Source: Candidatus Tectimicrobiota bacterium (lineage in GTDB: Bacteria; JACPUC01). From it: a stretch of 58,109 nucleotides of DNA. The notes beneath the pieces were generated by a model. That model made no database searches. It saw only the letters and a list, made by a program, of their open reading frames with translations, and was not told the origin of the DNA. Positions 30,992 to 39,691 of this stretch are shown here, piece after piece. Each line of letters starts with the position of its first letter. The stretch's first letter is position 1. The stretch covers positions 248,001 through 306,109 of the forward strand of contig JACPUC010000001.1 of the NCBI GenBank assembly GCA_016192455.1, given 5' to 3'. Both the position numbers and the translations under genes were made by a program.

Positions 30992-31195
30992 GTGCTCATC
31001 GAAACTCCACCGGCAGGGACGGTCGGCTGCGCGCACTGCGGCGAGGGGAGCACGGAACGCACCTTTGCGCTCCTCGACATCCTCCCCCTCTGCCTCGATC
31101 ATTTCCGACTTCTGCAAGAGTGGAATTGCCACGGCTGCGAGCACTACGCGAGCTGGAAGTACTGCTCCCATCACCTCGGCCTTTACGGTATGTAG
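30992..31195 (+). CDS. Small Cys/His-rich (putative zinc-binding) protein
   Basis: AAGGAGG RBS before GTG; CAHC...CLDH...CHGC..Y...YCSHH in 67 aa. Confidence 0.6.
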   Translation: MLIETPPAGTVGCAHCGEGSTERTFALLDILPLCLDHFRLLQEWNCHGCEHYASWKYCSHHLGLYGM

Positions 31196-31263
31196 CGGGG
31201 CGTCCGAAAGCGGCAGAGCGACGCCCCGCCAGGCTCCTCCTCGAGCTGCGAGGTCTCACGCAC

Positions 31264-31770
31264 GTGCCGGCCACGAAGCTGACGATGCAACAGCGGGTGC
31301 GGCGGTTCATCATCGAATCGCTCTTGCGGCGGCGCTTCCCGTACGTGCGCCTCGTGCGTGAGAAAACCGGCGCGTCGTACCAGGACATCCTGCTCATCCG
31401 CAACGACGTGCTGCGGGACCCACACATCGACGACGACTTGGCCCTCGCCCTCGAGGTGGGGTATCGCCAGGGACTCGCCGACGAGAAGAGCCGCCAGCGC
31501 GTCTCCCGCTACTCGGAGCTCCAGCAGCAGCTCCAACGTTACGTCACCAGGCAGGAGACGGATGACGAGACCTACTACCGCGGCATCCTCCATATTTCCC
31601 CGGAGGCGGAGCTGCACCCCAGCCTCGTGCGCGAGCACTTCAACGACGCGGCGCGCCTCTTTCACCCCGACACGAACCCTAGTGCGAGCGACGCGCGGCT
31701 CATCAACCTCCTCCAAGAAGCCCGCGACTACCTCCTGAAGCGCTGCGCGCAACCGCCGCCAAACCGCTGA
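31264..31770 (+). CDS. Protein with a C-terminal J-like domain
   Basis: YYRGILHI...VREHF..AARLFHPDTN...LLQEARDYL. Confidence 0.7.
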   Translation: MPATKLTMQQRVRRFIIESLLRRRFPYVRLVREKTGASYQDILLIRNDVLRDPHIDDDLALALEVGYRQGLADEKSRQRVSRYSELQQQLQRYVTRQETDDETYYRGILHISPEAELHPSLVREHFNDAARLFHPDTNPSASDARLINLLQEARDYLLKRCAQPPPNR

Positions 31771-31865
31771 GCCCCGGCTCTCGATGACGCGCCCGCGCCG
31801 GCGGCGCCATCAGCAGCATCGAGACCGTGCCGACGGCCCACGCCAGCCCTTCACGTTCCAGGTCG

Positions 31866-32318
31866 ATGCGATCCCTCCTTCCCTTCCTGCTTGCCCTGGT
31901 GCTCCTCGTCCCCGCGTGCTCACCCACGCCCTCGGAGCGACGGCGCGTGGCATCCGTCGTGGATGGCGACACCGTCGTCCTCGCGGACGGCGAGCGGGTG
32001 CGCCTGCTCGGGGTGAACGCCCCCGAGGTGCGCCGGCGGGCGGGCAGCCGCTGGGTGTATGCTCCCCAGCCCGGCGCCCTGGCCGCCATGCAGTTCGTGC
32101 GCCAGCACTGCGAGGGACGCCCCGCCCGCGTGCAGCTCGACCCACCGCCGTACCGCCGCCGCGACAAGTACGCCCGCCTCCTCGCCTACCTCGCCTGCCA
32201 GCAGCCCGACGGCAGGTGGGTGGATGTGAATCTGGAGATCATCCGCCACGGCCTCGCCAAGGCGGACCGCTCGCATGCGTATGAGAGGCGGCGAGAGTTT
32301 GTGGGATTGAACGAATAA
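31866..32318 (+). CDS. Thermonuclease (SNase) family lipoprotein, apparently C-terminally truncated
   Basis: Lipobox VPAC; VVDGDT, VRLLGVNAPE, DKYARLLAY; ends before the usual A+..R.GLW tail. Confidence 0.85.
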   Translation: MRSLLPFLLALVLLVPACSPTPSERRRVASVVDGDTVVLADGERVRLLGVNAPEVRRRAGSRWVYAPQPGALAAMQFVRQHCEGRPARVQLDPPPYRRRDKYARLLAYLACQQPDGRWVDVNLEIIRHGLAKADRSHAYERRREFVGLNE

Positions 32319-32361
32319 GATGCGGGGGCTATAATCACCAACCAAGAGGGAGGGTACCATC

Positions 32362-32625
32362 ATGGCAGAAAGCGGGAGCACGTTCACGATTACGTTACAC
32401 GTCTACGAGGAGGCGGATGGCTTCGTCTCGCACTGTCCCGAGTTCGACATCTGGTCACAAGGCGACACCGAGGAAGAGGCCCTTGCCATGCTGACCGAGG
32501 CCGTGGACCTCCACATTGAAGAGGCACAAGAGCTTGGTTACCTAGCAGAGCTCATTCAGGAAGCGCGGGAAGCGAGCCAACGGCGCCTTCTGAAGACCGA
32601 GAGGCGAGAACTGCGCGTTGCCTGA
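32362..32625 (+). CDS. hicB: HicB family antitoxin
   Basis: EE.DGFVS.CPEFDI.SQGDT.EEA..ML.EAV.L; strong RBS. Confidence 0.85.
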   Translation: MAESGSTFTITLHVYEEADGFVSHCPEFDIWSQGDTEEEALAMLTEAVDLHIEEAQELGYLAELIQEAREASQRRLLKTERRELRVA

Positions 32626-32852
32626 TAGACGGCGGCTGAGGCCTATTTCACCCCACCAGCTCGGCAAGGTCGTTGAGCTGGCGGGGTATGCTTTCTCGGC
32701 AGAAGGGTTCCCACCTGATCTACCGGCGGCCTGAATCACGCTCCATCGTCATCCCCAACCACCGGGAGGTGAAGACGCCGGTCATCCAGAACATCCTCCG
32801 CCGCGCCGGTATCTCGCTCGCTGAGTACTTTGAGTTCCTCGATCGATTATAG
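32618..32852 (+). pseudogene. hicA: HicA family toxin, frameshifted near 32697
   Basis: TTG start overlapping hicB gives MPDRRRLRPISPHQLGKVVELAGYAF; the +1 frame continues RQKGSHLIY...SIVIPNHREV...NILRRAGIS..EY. Confidence 0.8.
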
Positions 32853-32902
32853 TAGGTAGCCGCAAGTATAATCCCTCAAACGCATGTCGGGGTGAAACTC
32901 CC

Positions 32903-33289
32903 ATGCACAGACAAATGCAGCCTAATAACCAGCAACTTCTTGAAGCGGCGGTAGCACTGCTGAGTGACCACGTTAATCTCACCGCGCCGTTGAGCCACCC
33001 GTTTGATAAAGCCAGGGCCGTTCATCTGCTGCGCTGGCTGCATCGCCGGAATATCCCATTTACCGGAGCGGAGGTATCGGCGCTTGCACGTACCCATCGG
33101 TGGAATCCTAGCGCAGCGAAAGAACTGGGAGAGATTGCGCAAGGTGTCTTGGAGAGAAGGCGCTTCCAGAGGATCAACCCCAACCCCTGGCGACGGAATC
33201 TGCTGACGACTCTCCGAACTCGTGCCAGGGACGAACAAGAATCGGATCAAGAGTTAAAGATTGTAGCGTTTCCCTTTCTTCCTTGTTAG
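32903..33289 (+). CDS. Hypothetical protein, DUF1889/YoaC-like
   Basis: VNL...L.HP.DK..A..L...L.........A....W....A.ELGE.A pattern; AT-richer than its flanks. Confidence 0.6.
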   Translation: MHRQMQPNNQQLLEAAVALLSDHVNLTAPLSHPFDKARAVHLLRWLHRRNIPFTGAEVSALARTHRWNPSAAKELGEIAQGVLERRRFQRINPNPWRRNLLTTLRTRARDEQESDQELKIVAFPFLPC

Positions 33290-33290
33290 C

Positions 33291-33518
33291 TCACTCACCC
33301 CCCACCGCCTTCCTCCCCGCCAGCCAATCGCGCACCACGCAGTCATTGACGATGTAGGCTCCCGGCGCCTCCGGGATCGGTGCGAGGGCGGGGGTGCAGG
33401 CGAGCGGCCGCAGCGCCACCGGCGCGCCCGCCGCCACGCAGCCGCTCAAGAAGAGCGTCCCCAGCAGCAACGCCAGCCGGACCGATCTCCCGTGCCACCT
33501 CGCGCTGAAGCTCCTCAT
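33291..33518 (-). CDS. Putative o-spanin (Rz1-like lipoprotein)
   Basis: Lipobox LSGC, short and Pro/Cys-rich; overlaps the 3' half of the upstream gene in another frame. Confidence 0.65.
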   Translation of the reverse strand: MRSFSARWHGRSVRLALLLGTLFLSGCVAAGAPVALRPLACTPALAPIPEAPGAYIVNDCVVRDWLAGRKAVGGE

Positions 33519-33690
33519 GTCCCAGCTCCTGTAACCGCCGCAGCTCGGCGGCGTAGCGGCGCCGCAGCTCGTCCGCCTGTCGCCGCGCGCCCAGTTCGAG
33601 CAAGTCGCCGCGCTGCCGCTCCTGGCCCCAGAGCTTGGCGACCGCCGCGGCGACGAATTGCATGACGCCTGTCAGCACTGCCGTGATCAT
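33343..33690 (-). CDS. Putative i-spanin (Rz-like)
   Basis: N-terminal hydrophobic helix then coiled coil; ATGA overlap with the holin stop. Confidence 0.6.
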   Translation of the reverse strand: MITAVLTGVMQFVAAAVAKLWGQERQRGDLLELGARRQADELRRRYAAELRRLQELGHEELQREVAREIGPAGVAAGDALLERLRGGGRAGGAAAARLHPRPRTDPGGAGSLHRQ

Positions 33691-34109
33691 GCCGCCTTGC
33701 GCTCCGTCGCATCCTGGCCGTTCGGCAAGGGGGGCAACTCGCCGCGCGCCCGCTTGCGCTCCGCGATGATGCCCTCGATGAGCCGCGCCAGGCGCTCGTC
33801 GCTCCACTCCTGCAGGCGGGACGCGGCCCCCAGGCGCTCCAGCTCCGCGCGCATGAAGTCCACCGCGGCGCGCAGTTTCGCCTGCTGCTTGTCGGGATCG
33901 TCGTTGGCCCTCGGCAGCTTGTGGCTTACCCAGTCGATGGCGCGGTTGGCAAGCCGCAGGAGGCGCTCCTCGGAGCGTTGATCGACGTCGAACCCCAAAC
34001 GCCCCTCGAGGGAGTGCACAAGAGCCAGCAGCGCGCCCCGCAGGAGCGCCGCGATGAGCAACGCCGCCAGGGGCCACAGCGCAATGGCGAGATCAGCCAG
34101 CCAGTCCAT
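33687..34109 (-). CDS. Putative phage holin (LL-H-like)
   Basis: AGGAGG RBS; single N-terminal TM, then A..A..W....K...A..F....L....LIEG pattern. Confidence 0.6.
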   Translation of the reverse strand: MDWLADLAIALWPLAALLIAALLRGALLALVHSLEGRLGFDVDQRSEERLLRLANRAIDWVSHKLPRANDDPDKQQAKLRAAVDFMRAELERLGAASRLQEWSDERLARLIEGIIAERKRARGELPPLPNGQDATERKAA

Positions 34110-34344
34110 GGTTCCTCCTTGCCTACCGCCCCGCGGGCCTGGCAGGCTGCCGCGGAGAATTCTCGACCCGCCGCAACGGAGGCGGCCCGGTCTCCTGCTC
34201 TCCGTGTATCGTTCCCGGCCGCGCAACCGGGGTGCGAGGTAGCGGGCGGCATGGCGCCGCGCTGGTCAGGGCAAGCCGCCTGGGTCCGAGCCGCAGGCGC
34301 CGGCGATCGTTGCGCGGGGTCGCCTCGCTCCTCGGTTTTCCTGG

Positions 34345-34653
34345 TCAGCGGGCAAACACATTGAAGGTCACGAACAGCCGCGCCAGGCCAAGGGCGGAGA
34401 TGATGACCCCAAGCACCGTGGCGACCCAGGCGCGCGCCCGCATCCTTCCTGTGTACTGTCCCTTCAGGAGGGCGACCTCCCATTCGCTCTGGCGCAGCCG
34501 ACTGTTCATCGCCTCAAGTGTCTCGCGGTGGCAGTCAAGGCGGCGTAGCGTCTCAAGATGCTGCGAGTCATTCACGGCGCGGAACTCGCGCAGCTCGCCG
34601 TGGAGATCGCCAAGCTTCTGCGCCATCGCCTCCCACGCCATTCCTATCTCCAT
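34345..34653 (-). CDS. Small coiled-coil protein with C-terminal TM (lysis-associated, XhlA-like)
   Basis: Heptad-rich N-terminus, C-terminal WVATVLGVIISALGL; directly upstream of the holin. Confidence 0.55.
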   Translation of the reverse strand: MEIGMAWEAMAQKLGDLHGELREFRAVNDSQHLETLRRLDCHRETLEAMNSRLRQSEWEVALLKGQYTGRMRARAWVATVLGVIISALGLARLFVTFNVFAR

Positions 34654-34780
34654 TGCCAACCAATCGTTCCTGCCTGCCGCGTCTGCCCGTGCATGGCCGC
34701 ACGCACCCAGGAGCGCGGGCATCTTGCCCGCTTGCATGCGGCCGGGACGGCGGCGCTCCTCGCTGCGGCTCGGGCGGGCC

Positions 34781-35152
34781 TTACCTGATCACCACGTCCC
34801 GCAAGTCCCGCAGAACATTCCGCGCCGCCGCCAGGTCGGTGACGGTGGAGAAGTCGAAGGAGCGCAGGTTCTGCCGCAGCGTGGCGAGGCGCGCCGCCTC
34901 GGCTTCAGCGTTCAACTCCGCCTGGGTCTTCACATGCAGAGCGAGGGAGAGCGCCTGGCCGTCCCATAGCGGATCATGCGTGCGCGCCATGATCGGCTCG
35001 ATCATCTCCACCGGCGCCTCCACTTCCAGATAGTCGGCGGCACCCCCGCCGTACCTGGAGGCCACTGATTCCGCCAGCACGCCAGGAGCGGGCCCGGGCG
35101 TCTGGAAGTCAGGGATGGCCGCGTTATCAGCTTTGCGAATGGCGATTCTCAA
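34781..35152 (-). CDS. Hypothetical phage protein (possible tail fibre assembly protein)
   Basis: Directly follows the fibre-like gene; GGGAG RBS. Confidence 0.55.
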   Translation of the reverse strand: MRIAIRKADNAAIPDFQTPGPAPGVLAESVASRYGGGAADYLEVEAPVEMIEPIMARTHDPLWDGQALSLALHVKTQAELNAEAEAARLATLRQNLRSFDFSTVTDLAAARNVLRDLRDVVIR

Positions 35153-35164
35153 CCGGTATCTCCC

Positions 35165-36244
35165 CTAGGCGATGGCGATCCAGTAGTAGGTGTTGCCGCT
35201 GGCGTTCGCGGAGTTCGCGTAGCTCGTAGCGTTGCCAACGTAGAAGCTCGTGGCATCGCGCGCCGTAACGGCGAGCTTTGCGTTCACTGTGTCGCTGATG
35301 GCAAAGATGTTCGCGGTATCACCTGGAATTAGACGGAAAAAGATGATCGCGCCGGTGGTTATCAGAACGATCTTCGGCGCCTGACTCATACCATGCGCGA
35401 TGGCGCGGTTGACAGTATCATCGCCATTGTAGTTGCCAGTCGCTACCTCACCGGGCACTCCTGCCCACAGCGGATTCGCCCCCGCGCCCTGGGTCTTGAA
35501 GAACTGCCCGCTCGTCCCCGCCGCCAGGCGCGCCCAATCCGTGCCGTTGTAGAACATCACGTCGCCCTGGGCGTCGCTGCCGAGAGCGATGTGCGTGCCC
35601 TTGATGGTGTTGACGGCGATCATCGTGCCGACGATGCTGCCGCTGGCCCCCACTCCACGGATCGAGGAGGCGGGCGGGCAGGTGGTCCCCTCGACCAGCG
35701 TCACGCCGTCATACTGCGCCGTGGTGTTGCCGGTGAGCAGGTGCAGCTCGGTAAGAATCTGCGTGGCGGCGGCGTCGGCGGTGATGCTGACTGTCAGCCA
35801 TTCCCACGAGGAGCCGCCCGTATGGTAGCTACTGGCCTGCGTCGCCACGCCGTCGTCGATGGCGATGCGGGCGCGGCTGGCGACGGTGGCGCGCACCCAG
35901 GCGCCAAGGGTGAACACACGCGAGCGGTAGTATCCCGTACCGCCGATCCAGGGGCCGGCGTCGAGCTGAAGCTGGCAGTCGGTGCCGACACGGGTGACGG
36001 CGGCTGAGTACGTGCCGATCTTGTAGTTGGTGCCGTCGCGGGCGATGGTGGCCCCGGCGCCACTGAGCGTCCACTGGTCCGGCGCGGAGGACGTGCCGTT
36101 GCTCCAGTCCTCCATGTCGCCGAAGGAGCGCAGCAGGTCGGTGATCGAGCGGTCACGCAGCTCAGTGTCGTTGTCGATGACCGCCGAGGCGAAGCTCTGC
36201 TTGGTCGGGTCGCCGACGGCGGGTTTGGTGGTGGTGAAGGACAT
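35165..36244 (-). CDS. Tail fibre/receptor-binding-like protein with a CBM-like domain
   Basis: Thr/Ala/Gly-rich; GDME.W...PD.W beta-sandwich; GD..Y.GT.W.RLAAGT.GQ...G.GANP.W fibre repeat; C-terminal G.Y.G...HG....P...YYW.A. Confidence 0.7.
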   Translation of the reverse strand: MSFTTTKPAVGDPTKQSFASAVIDNDTELRDRSITDLLRSFGDMEDWSNGTSSAPDQWTLSGAGATIARDGTNYKIGTYSAAVTRVGTDCQLQLDAGPWIGGTGYYRSRVFTLGAWVRATVASRARIAIDDGVATQASSYHTGGSSWEWLTVSITADAAATQILTELHLLTGNTTAQYDGVTLVEGTTCPPASSIRGVGASGSIVGTMIAVNTIKGTHIALGSDAQGDVMFYNGTDWARLAAGTSGQFFKTQGAGANPLWAGVPGEVATGNYNGDDTVNRAIAHGMSQAPKIVLITTGAIIFFRLIPGDTANIFAISDTVNAKLAVTARDATSFYVGNATSYANSANASGNTYYWIAIA

Positions 36245-36259
36245 ATCAGTTCCCTTGTC

Positions 36260-36318
36260 TTCCGCAGATTACACAGATTGCACAGATTCAATCTGCGGAA
36301 TCCGCGTAATCTGCGGAT
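36260..36318. repeat. Family A ~59-bp palindrome (3x9-bp units per arm)
   Basis: TCCGCAGAT TACACAGAT TGCACAGAT tca ATCTGCGGA ATCCGCGTA ATCTGCGGA; 17 nt from start codon 36244. Confidence 0.9.
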
Positions 36319-36325
36319 TCCTTCC

Positions 36326-36523
36326 TTACCCTATCGCCGCGTTCTTCGCCTGCTGCCCGCGCACCCAGAATTGGCAGCACTCCGCCGAGCAGAAGCGCAC
36401 GTTCTTCCACTCCTGGCCGCCGGCCACCTTCACCTCGCGCATCTCAATGTCCGGCCCCTGATGCTTGAACGGCTTCTGGCAGCCGTCGCAGATGAACTTT
36501 TCAGGCTTCACGGGCATGGTCAT
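36326..36523 (-). CDS. Small zinc-finger (TRASH/MYM-like) protein
   Basis: CDGC...FCSAECC in 65 aa; GAGGAG RBS. Confidence 0.65.
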   Translation of the reverse strand: MTMPVKPEKFICDGCQKPFKHQGPDIEMREVKVAGGQEWKNVRFCSAECCQFWVRGQQAKNAAIG

Positions 36524-36532
36524 TGAACTCCT

Positions 36533-36609
36533 CCTCCGCGCCCTCCGCGCCTCGGCGGTTGGTGCCGGCGCGGACGATGCACCGCGGAGACGCGGAGGAC
36601 GCAGAGAGG
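36533..36609. repeat. Family C palindrome (CTCCGCG..CGCGGAG type)
   Basis: Arms CCTCCGCGCCCTCCGCGCCTCGGCGGT / ACCGCGGAGACGCGGAGGACGCAGAG; relatives at about 12147 and 22169. Confidence 0.75.
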
Positions 36610-36652
36610 GCGTAGCCTCTCGCATGATGCGGGCGGGACGCCCGCGCTCCTC

Positions 36653-36928
36653 CTAATCCAGATAGATCAGCGCCGTGCCCCCGCCGATGGTGGTGACGTA
36701 AATGCCGGTCACGGCGACGCCGCCGAGTTCGAAGCACAGAGTCGCGGGGTCGCCGGTGGCCCAGCGGGCTTGGAAGATGACGTTGCCCGCCACGGCGTCG
36801 TGGATGACCAGGGTGTTGCCGTTGGCGGCGCCGTCCCAGACGATGGCCTTGATGCGCGCGTGTTGGGTAGCAACCGAGGCGGCGGCTGTGGTTACGATGA
36901 TTGGATTGGTGGTGAGAGTGTTGGCCAT
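36653..36928 (-). CDS. Small beta-rich phage structural-type protein
   Basis: MANTLTTNPIIV...GIYVTTIGGGTALIYLD; lies in the tail operon. Confidence 0.6.
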   Translation of the reverse strand: MANTLTTNPIIVTTAAASVATQHARIKAIVWDGAANGNTLVIHDAVAGNVIFQARWATGDPATLCFELGGVAVTGIYVTTIGGGTALIYLD

Positions 36929-37054
36929 TGGTCGCTCCGGCGAGAGGCTCCGCCCTCGCTCTCCCCGCCAGGAAAGGTTGATCCCTGTAACCTGGCAGGG
37001 CGAGCCGCACACGGCTCGCGGGAATCAGTGGAGGAGGCGATGCTCCTTCCTTAA

Positions 37055-37114
37055 AACTACTGATGGACACAAATGAACACGGATATCAGTGTCTATCAGT
37101 GTTTATCCGTGGTT
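37055..37114. repeat. Family B ~60-bp palindrome (10-bp units)
   Basis: AACTACTGATGGACACAAATGAACACGGAT/ATCAGTGTCTATCAGTGTTTATCCGTGGTT. Confidence 0.8.
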
Positions 37115-37188
37115 CCTTCCGTTACGCCGCCCCCAGGACCGTCCATTCCACGTCCGCGCCCGGGCGTGGGGAGGAGCCCCGCCCATCC

Positions 37189-38796
37189 TCAGAAAAACTT
37201 GCTCCCCGGGAAGGTGGGGACGCCGGTGATCGTGCCGTTGTCCAGCGTCCAGTAGCCGGCCTGCTGCATCTGTTGCAGCGTCGAGGAGGCGGCCACAGGG
37301 TGCGAGTCCTCGACCCAGCGTCCGATGCTCGCCGCCGAGCGCACCGTCAGCGCCGAGAGCCGCACCAGCCGCCGCTTGAACTCGCGCATGGTCTTGCGCG
37401 CGTTCGCCAGCAGGCTGGAGAGCGTGCCCGCGGTGACGCTGATCAAGTCCGCCACCTCGGCGTCGAAATCCGGCGTCTCGAAGCTGACCACCTCCGGCGG
37501 CCCGGCAAAGAGGAGCAACAGGCGCTGCGCCAGGGTCTGCGCGTCGGTGTCGTCGGCGATGATGGTGAACTGCACGCTGCGGGCGACCGTGGCGCCGGCC
37601 TCCGTCACCGCGGCGGAGTCCGTCACCACGCCGCTCTTGCTGAAGTTCTTGGTGCGCGGGTCGTAGGCGTAGGCGTACTGAATCTCGTTCACATACTCCT
37701 GGTTGGGATCGACCCGCAGCTCGAAAGAGCCGGCGGCGATGTTCACGCCCTCCTCGTAGAGCGCCGCTGTTCCCGGAAACCCAGGCACGAACCAGGTCGG
37801 AGTGTAGAGGTTGTCCGCGATCCGCAGGTCCATCCCCACCTCGTTCGCCAGGCGGGAGATGTAGTACTCGGCGGCGCGCTCCTCGGTGATGTACCAGCGC
37901 GCGGCGAGGTCGGCGAGGTCGGTGTCGAGTTGCGTGAACGCCAAGCTGTCCAGCGCCCCGGCCCCCAGCCCCACGACGTTCGCCAGCAGGTCGTCAAGCA
38001 CGTCGCTGGGGTTCATCAGCAGCGTTCCGCCGCCCGCCTTCCCCTCGCACTTCACGTAAACGCGGTCCGTCTCCGGGTCGTAGGCGGTGATGCGGAACGT
38101 CGCCGCCGTCAGGTTCTCGTTGGTGTGGCTGACGTTGGCGATGCCGGTGCCGTTGCCGGGGTCCTTGCCGACCTGCGCGATTGAGAAGATGGCATGATCG
38201 GCGATCTTGAATTCGTTCACGGTGGTGTCGGTGCAGGTGAGCGGTCCCACCCAAACGCTCGACCAGTCGCCGTAGAGGAGCGGGATGCGCCGCGACGCGC
38301 CGCCGTCCTCCAGATTTGGGTAGGTCGTCGTGTTGAAGAGCGTCGGCGGCATCGGCACGCTCAGCTCGCGCGCCCGCCGGTCCTCGATCACCAGCTCCAG
38401 CGTGTCGAGGGTGCGCTTGATGCCGTCCTTCAGCCGGATGCGCCCCTGGAAGACGGTCGAGTACTCAGAGAAGGTCAACCCCTCGCCGGCGCGGATGGTG
38501 ACGCTGGTGTTGGGCCAGAAGTTCGAACTGCCGTCGATCGAGGAGTCGAAGAAGCCGGAGGTGGCGTCCGCCTGGATGTTGTCGAGGATGACCGTCACCG
38601 TTCCCTGGCGCTGGATCGGGCGCAGCAGGGTGGAGAGCTCCTCGGTGATCCCCTGCACGCCGGCGACGCGGCCCTCGTAGAAGTTACCGCCGACAAGCGG
38701 CGTATCCTCCGTGGCGTAGCGCAGCGTGCCGCTGGCCAGCTCGATGTCCACGAGCACCACGAGGCCGAGAGCGGTCTTGGTGAAGTCGGTGGCCAT
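37189..38796 (-). CDS. Phage tail tip/hub-like protein
   Basis: 535 aa, acidic and beta-rich; LV.I.L..GTLRYA, YEGRV, VF.G.I, IPLLYGD; downstream of the tape measure. Confidence 0.7.
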   Translation of the reverse strand: MATDFTKTALGLVVLVDIELASGTLRYATEDTPLVGGNFYEGRVAGVQGITEELSTLLRPIQRQGTVTVILDNIQADATSGFFDSSIDGSSNFWPNTSVTIRAGEGLTFSEYSTVFQGRIRLKDGIKRTLDTLELVIEDRRARELSVPMPPTLFNTTTYPNLEDGGASRRIPLLYGDWSSVWVGPLTCTDTTVNEFKIADHAIFSIAQVGKDPGNGTGIANVSHTNENLTAATFRITAYDPETDRVYVKCEGKAGGGTLLMNPSDVLDDLLANVVGLGAGALDSLAFTQLDTDLADLAARWYITEERAAEYYISRLANEVGMDLRIADNLYTPTWFVPGFPGTAALYEEGVNIAAGSFELRVDPNQEYVNEIQYAYAYDPRTKNFSKSGVVTDSAAVTEAGATVARSVQFTIIADDTDAQTLAQRLLLLFAGPPEVVSFETPDFDAEVADLISVTAGTLSSLLANARKTMREFKRRLVRLSALTVRSAASIGRWVEDSHPVAASSTLQQMQQAGYWTLDNGTITGVPTFPGSKFF

Positions 38797-38811
38797 TGGA
38801 GCCCTTGCTTC

Positions 38812-38869
38812 TCCGCAGATGACGCAGATTTCACAGATTCAATCCGCGTCATCTGAGTAATCTGCGGAT
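38812..38869. repeat. Family A palindrome
   Basis: Same 3x9-bp architecture; 16 nt from start codon 38796. Confidence 0.9.
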
Positions 38870-38993
38870 TTCCTCGTGATCCCCTGCACGCAGGCAGGAG
38901 GCGCCGAGCGGATCATCGCCGCCGCGTTCTCCGCCTGCCTACCGCCTCAAGCGGAGCAGCGCAGGCAGGCGCCGCCGCGGTGGAGCCGAAGCG

Positions 38994-39425
38994 CTACGGC
39001 ACGCCGGCGTAGAAGACGTGGCGGCCGAAGCGCAGGGTCGGCTCGCGGCCGCGCGCCCACTTGGGTCTGCGTCCGGCGGCATGGTAATGCGTCGCCCCGC
39101 CGATGAAATCGCGCACCTCGCCGGCGAGGACGAGGCTGGCGGCATCGCGGCAGTCGGCCCAGACCAGCTCGGCGTCATGGAGCCAGGGATCAACGAGCAG
39201 AACGAATCCAGACGACTTGGGGTTGAAACAGGAGTACTGCGCTGGTTTGAGCATGATCTCGCGCAGGCTGTCTCCCCACCAGCGGTGCTGACCTGGCGGC
39301 GGGACGCGGTTGATCACGGAGAGGGCCACCGCGAGCTTGCCGCGCATCGACTCGCCGCGGGCTTCGCCCCAAATGAGGCGCGCCAGTAGGGTGGCGTCAT
39401 CATCGCGGTCGAAGGGGCTGGTCAT
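38994..39425 (-). CDS. Cell wall hydrolase (SleB/Hydrolase_2 family), likely endolysin
   Basis: LAR.IWGEARGE...G..AVA..V.NR, QYSCFN, GATHYH...PKWA...GRHVFY. Confidence 0.92.
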   Translation of the reverse strand: MTSPFDRDDDATLLARLIWGEARGESMRGKLAVALSVINRVPPPGQHRWWGDSLREIMLKPAQYSCFNPKSSGFVLLVDPWLHDAELVWADCRDAASLVLAGEVRDFIGGATHYHAAGRRPKWARGREPTLRFGRHVFYAGVP

Positions 39426-39469
39426 CCACTCTCCTGTGAGGCGCCGCCATGAGCTTCCTCCGGAAGCTG

Positions 39470-39675
39470 GGAGGCGAAGGTTGAAAGGAGAAAGGTGTGA
39501 AAACGATCCGCAGATTTCGCGGATTGCGCAGATTCAATCTGTGTAAATCAGCGTAATCGGCGGACACTCAGAGAACAGAAGTCTTCATGCTCTCCTTCAT
39601 GCTCTCCTTTCTCCTCTCTCCTCTCCTGAATCCGGCGGATTCGTGTCTGCTCTCTCCTCTCCCCTTACTCCTCTT
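39470..39675. repeat. Family A palindrome (39506-39564) nested between purine-rich and pyrimidine-rich arms (family E)
   Basis: GAAGGTTGAAAGGAGAAAGG ... A element ... TCTCCTTTCTCCTCTCTCCTCTCC. Confidence 0.75.
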
Positions 39676-39691
39676 CGGCCGCCATAGGCCG

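Noticed and set aside
28612-31080. Long antisense and alternate-frame ORFs (this one, and e.g. 8050-9582, 41580-43793, 50042-51610)
   Set aside because: Shadow ORFs expected in high-GC DNA opposite well-supported genes.
35165-36244. Diversity-generating retroelement targeting the fibre
   Set aside because: No reverse transcriptase and no template/variable repeat pair in the window.
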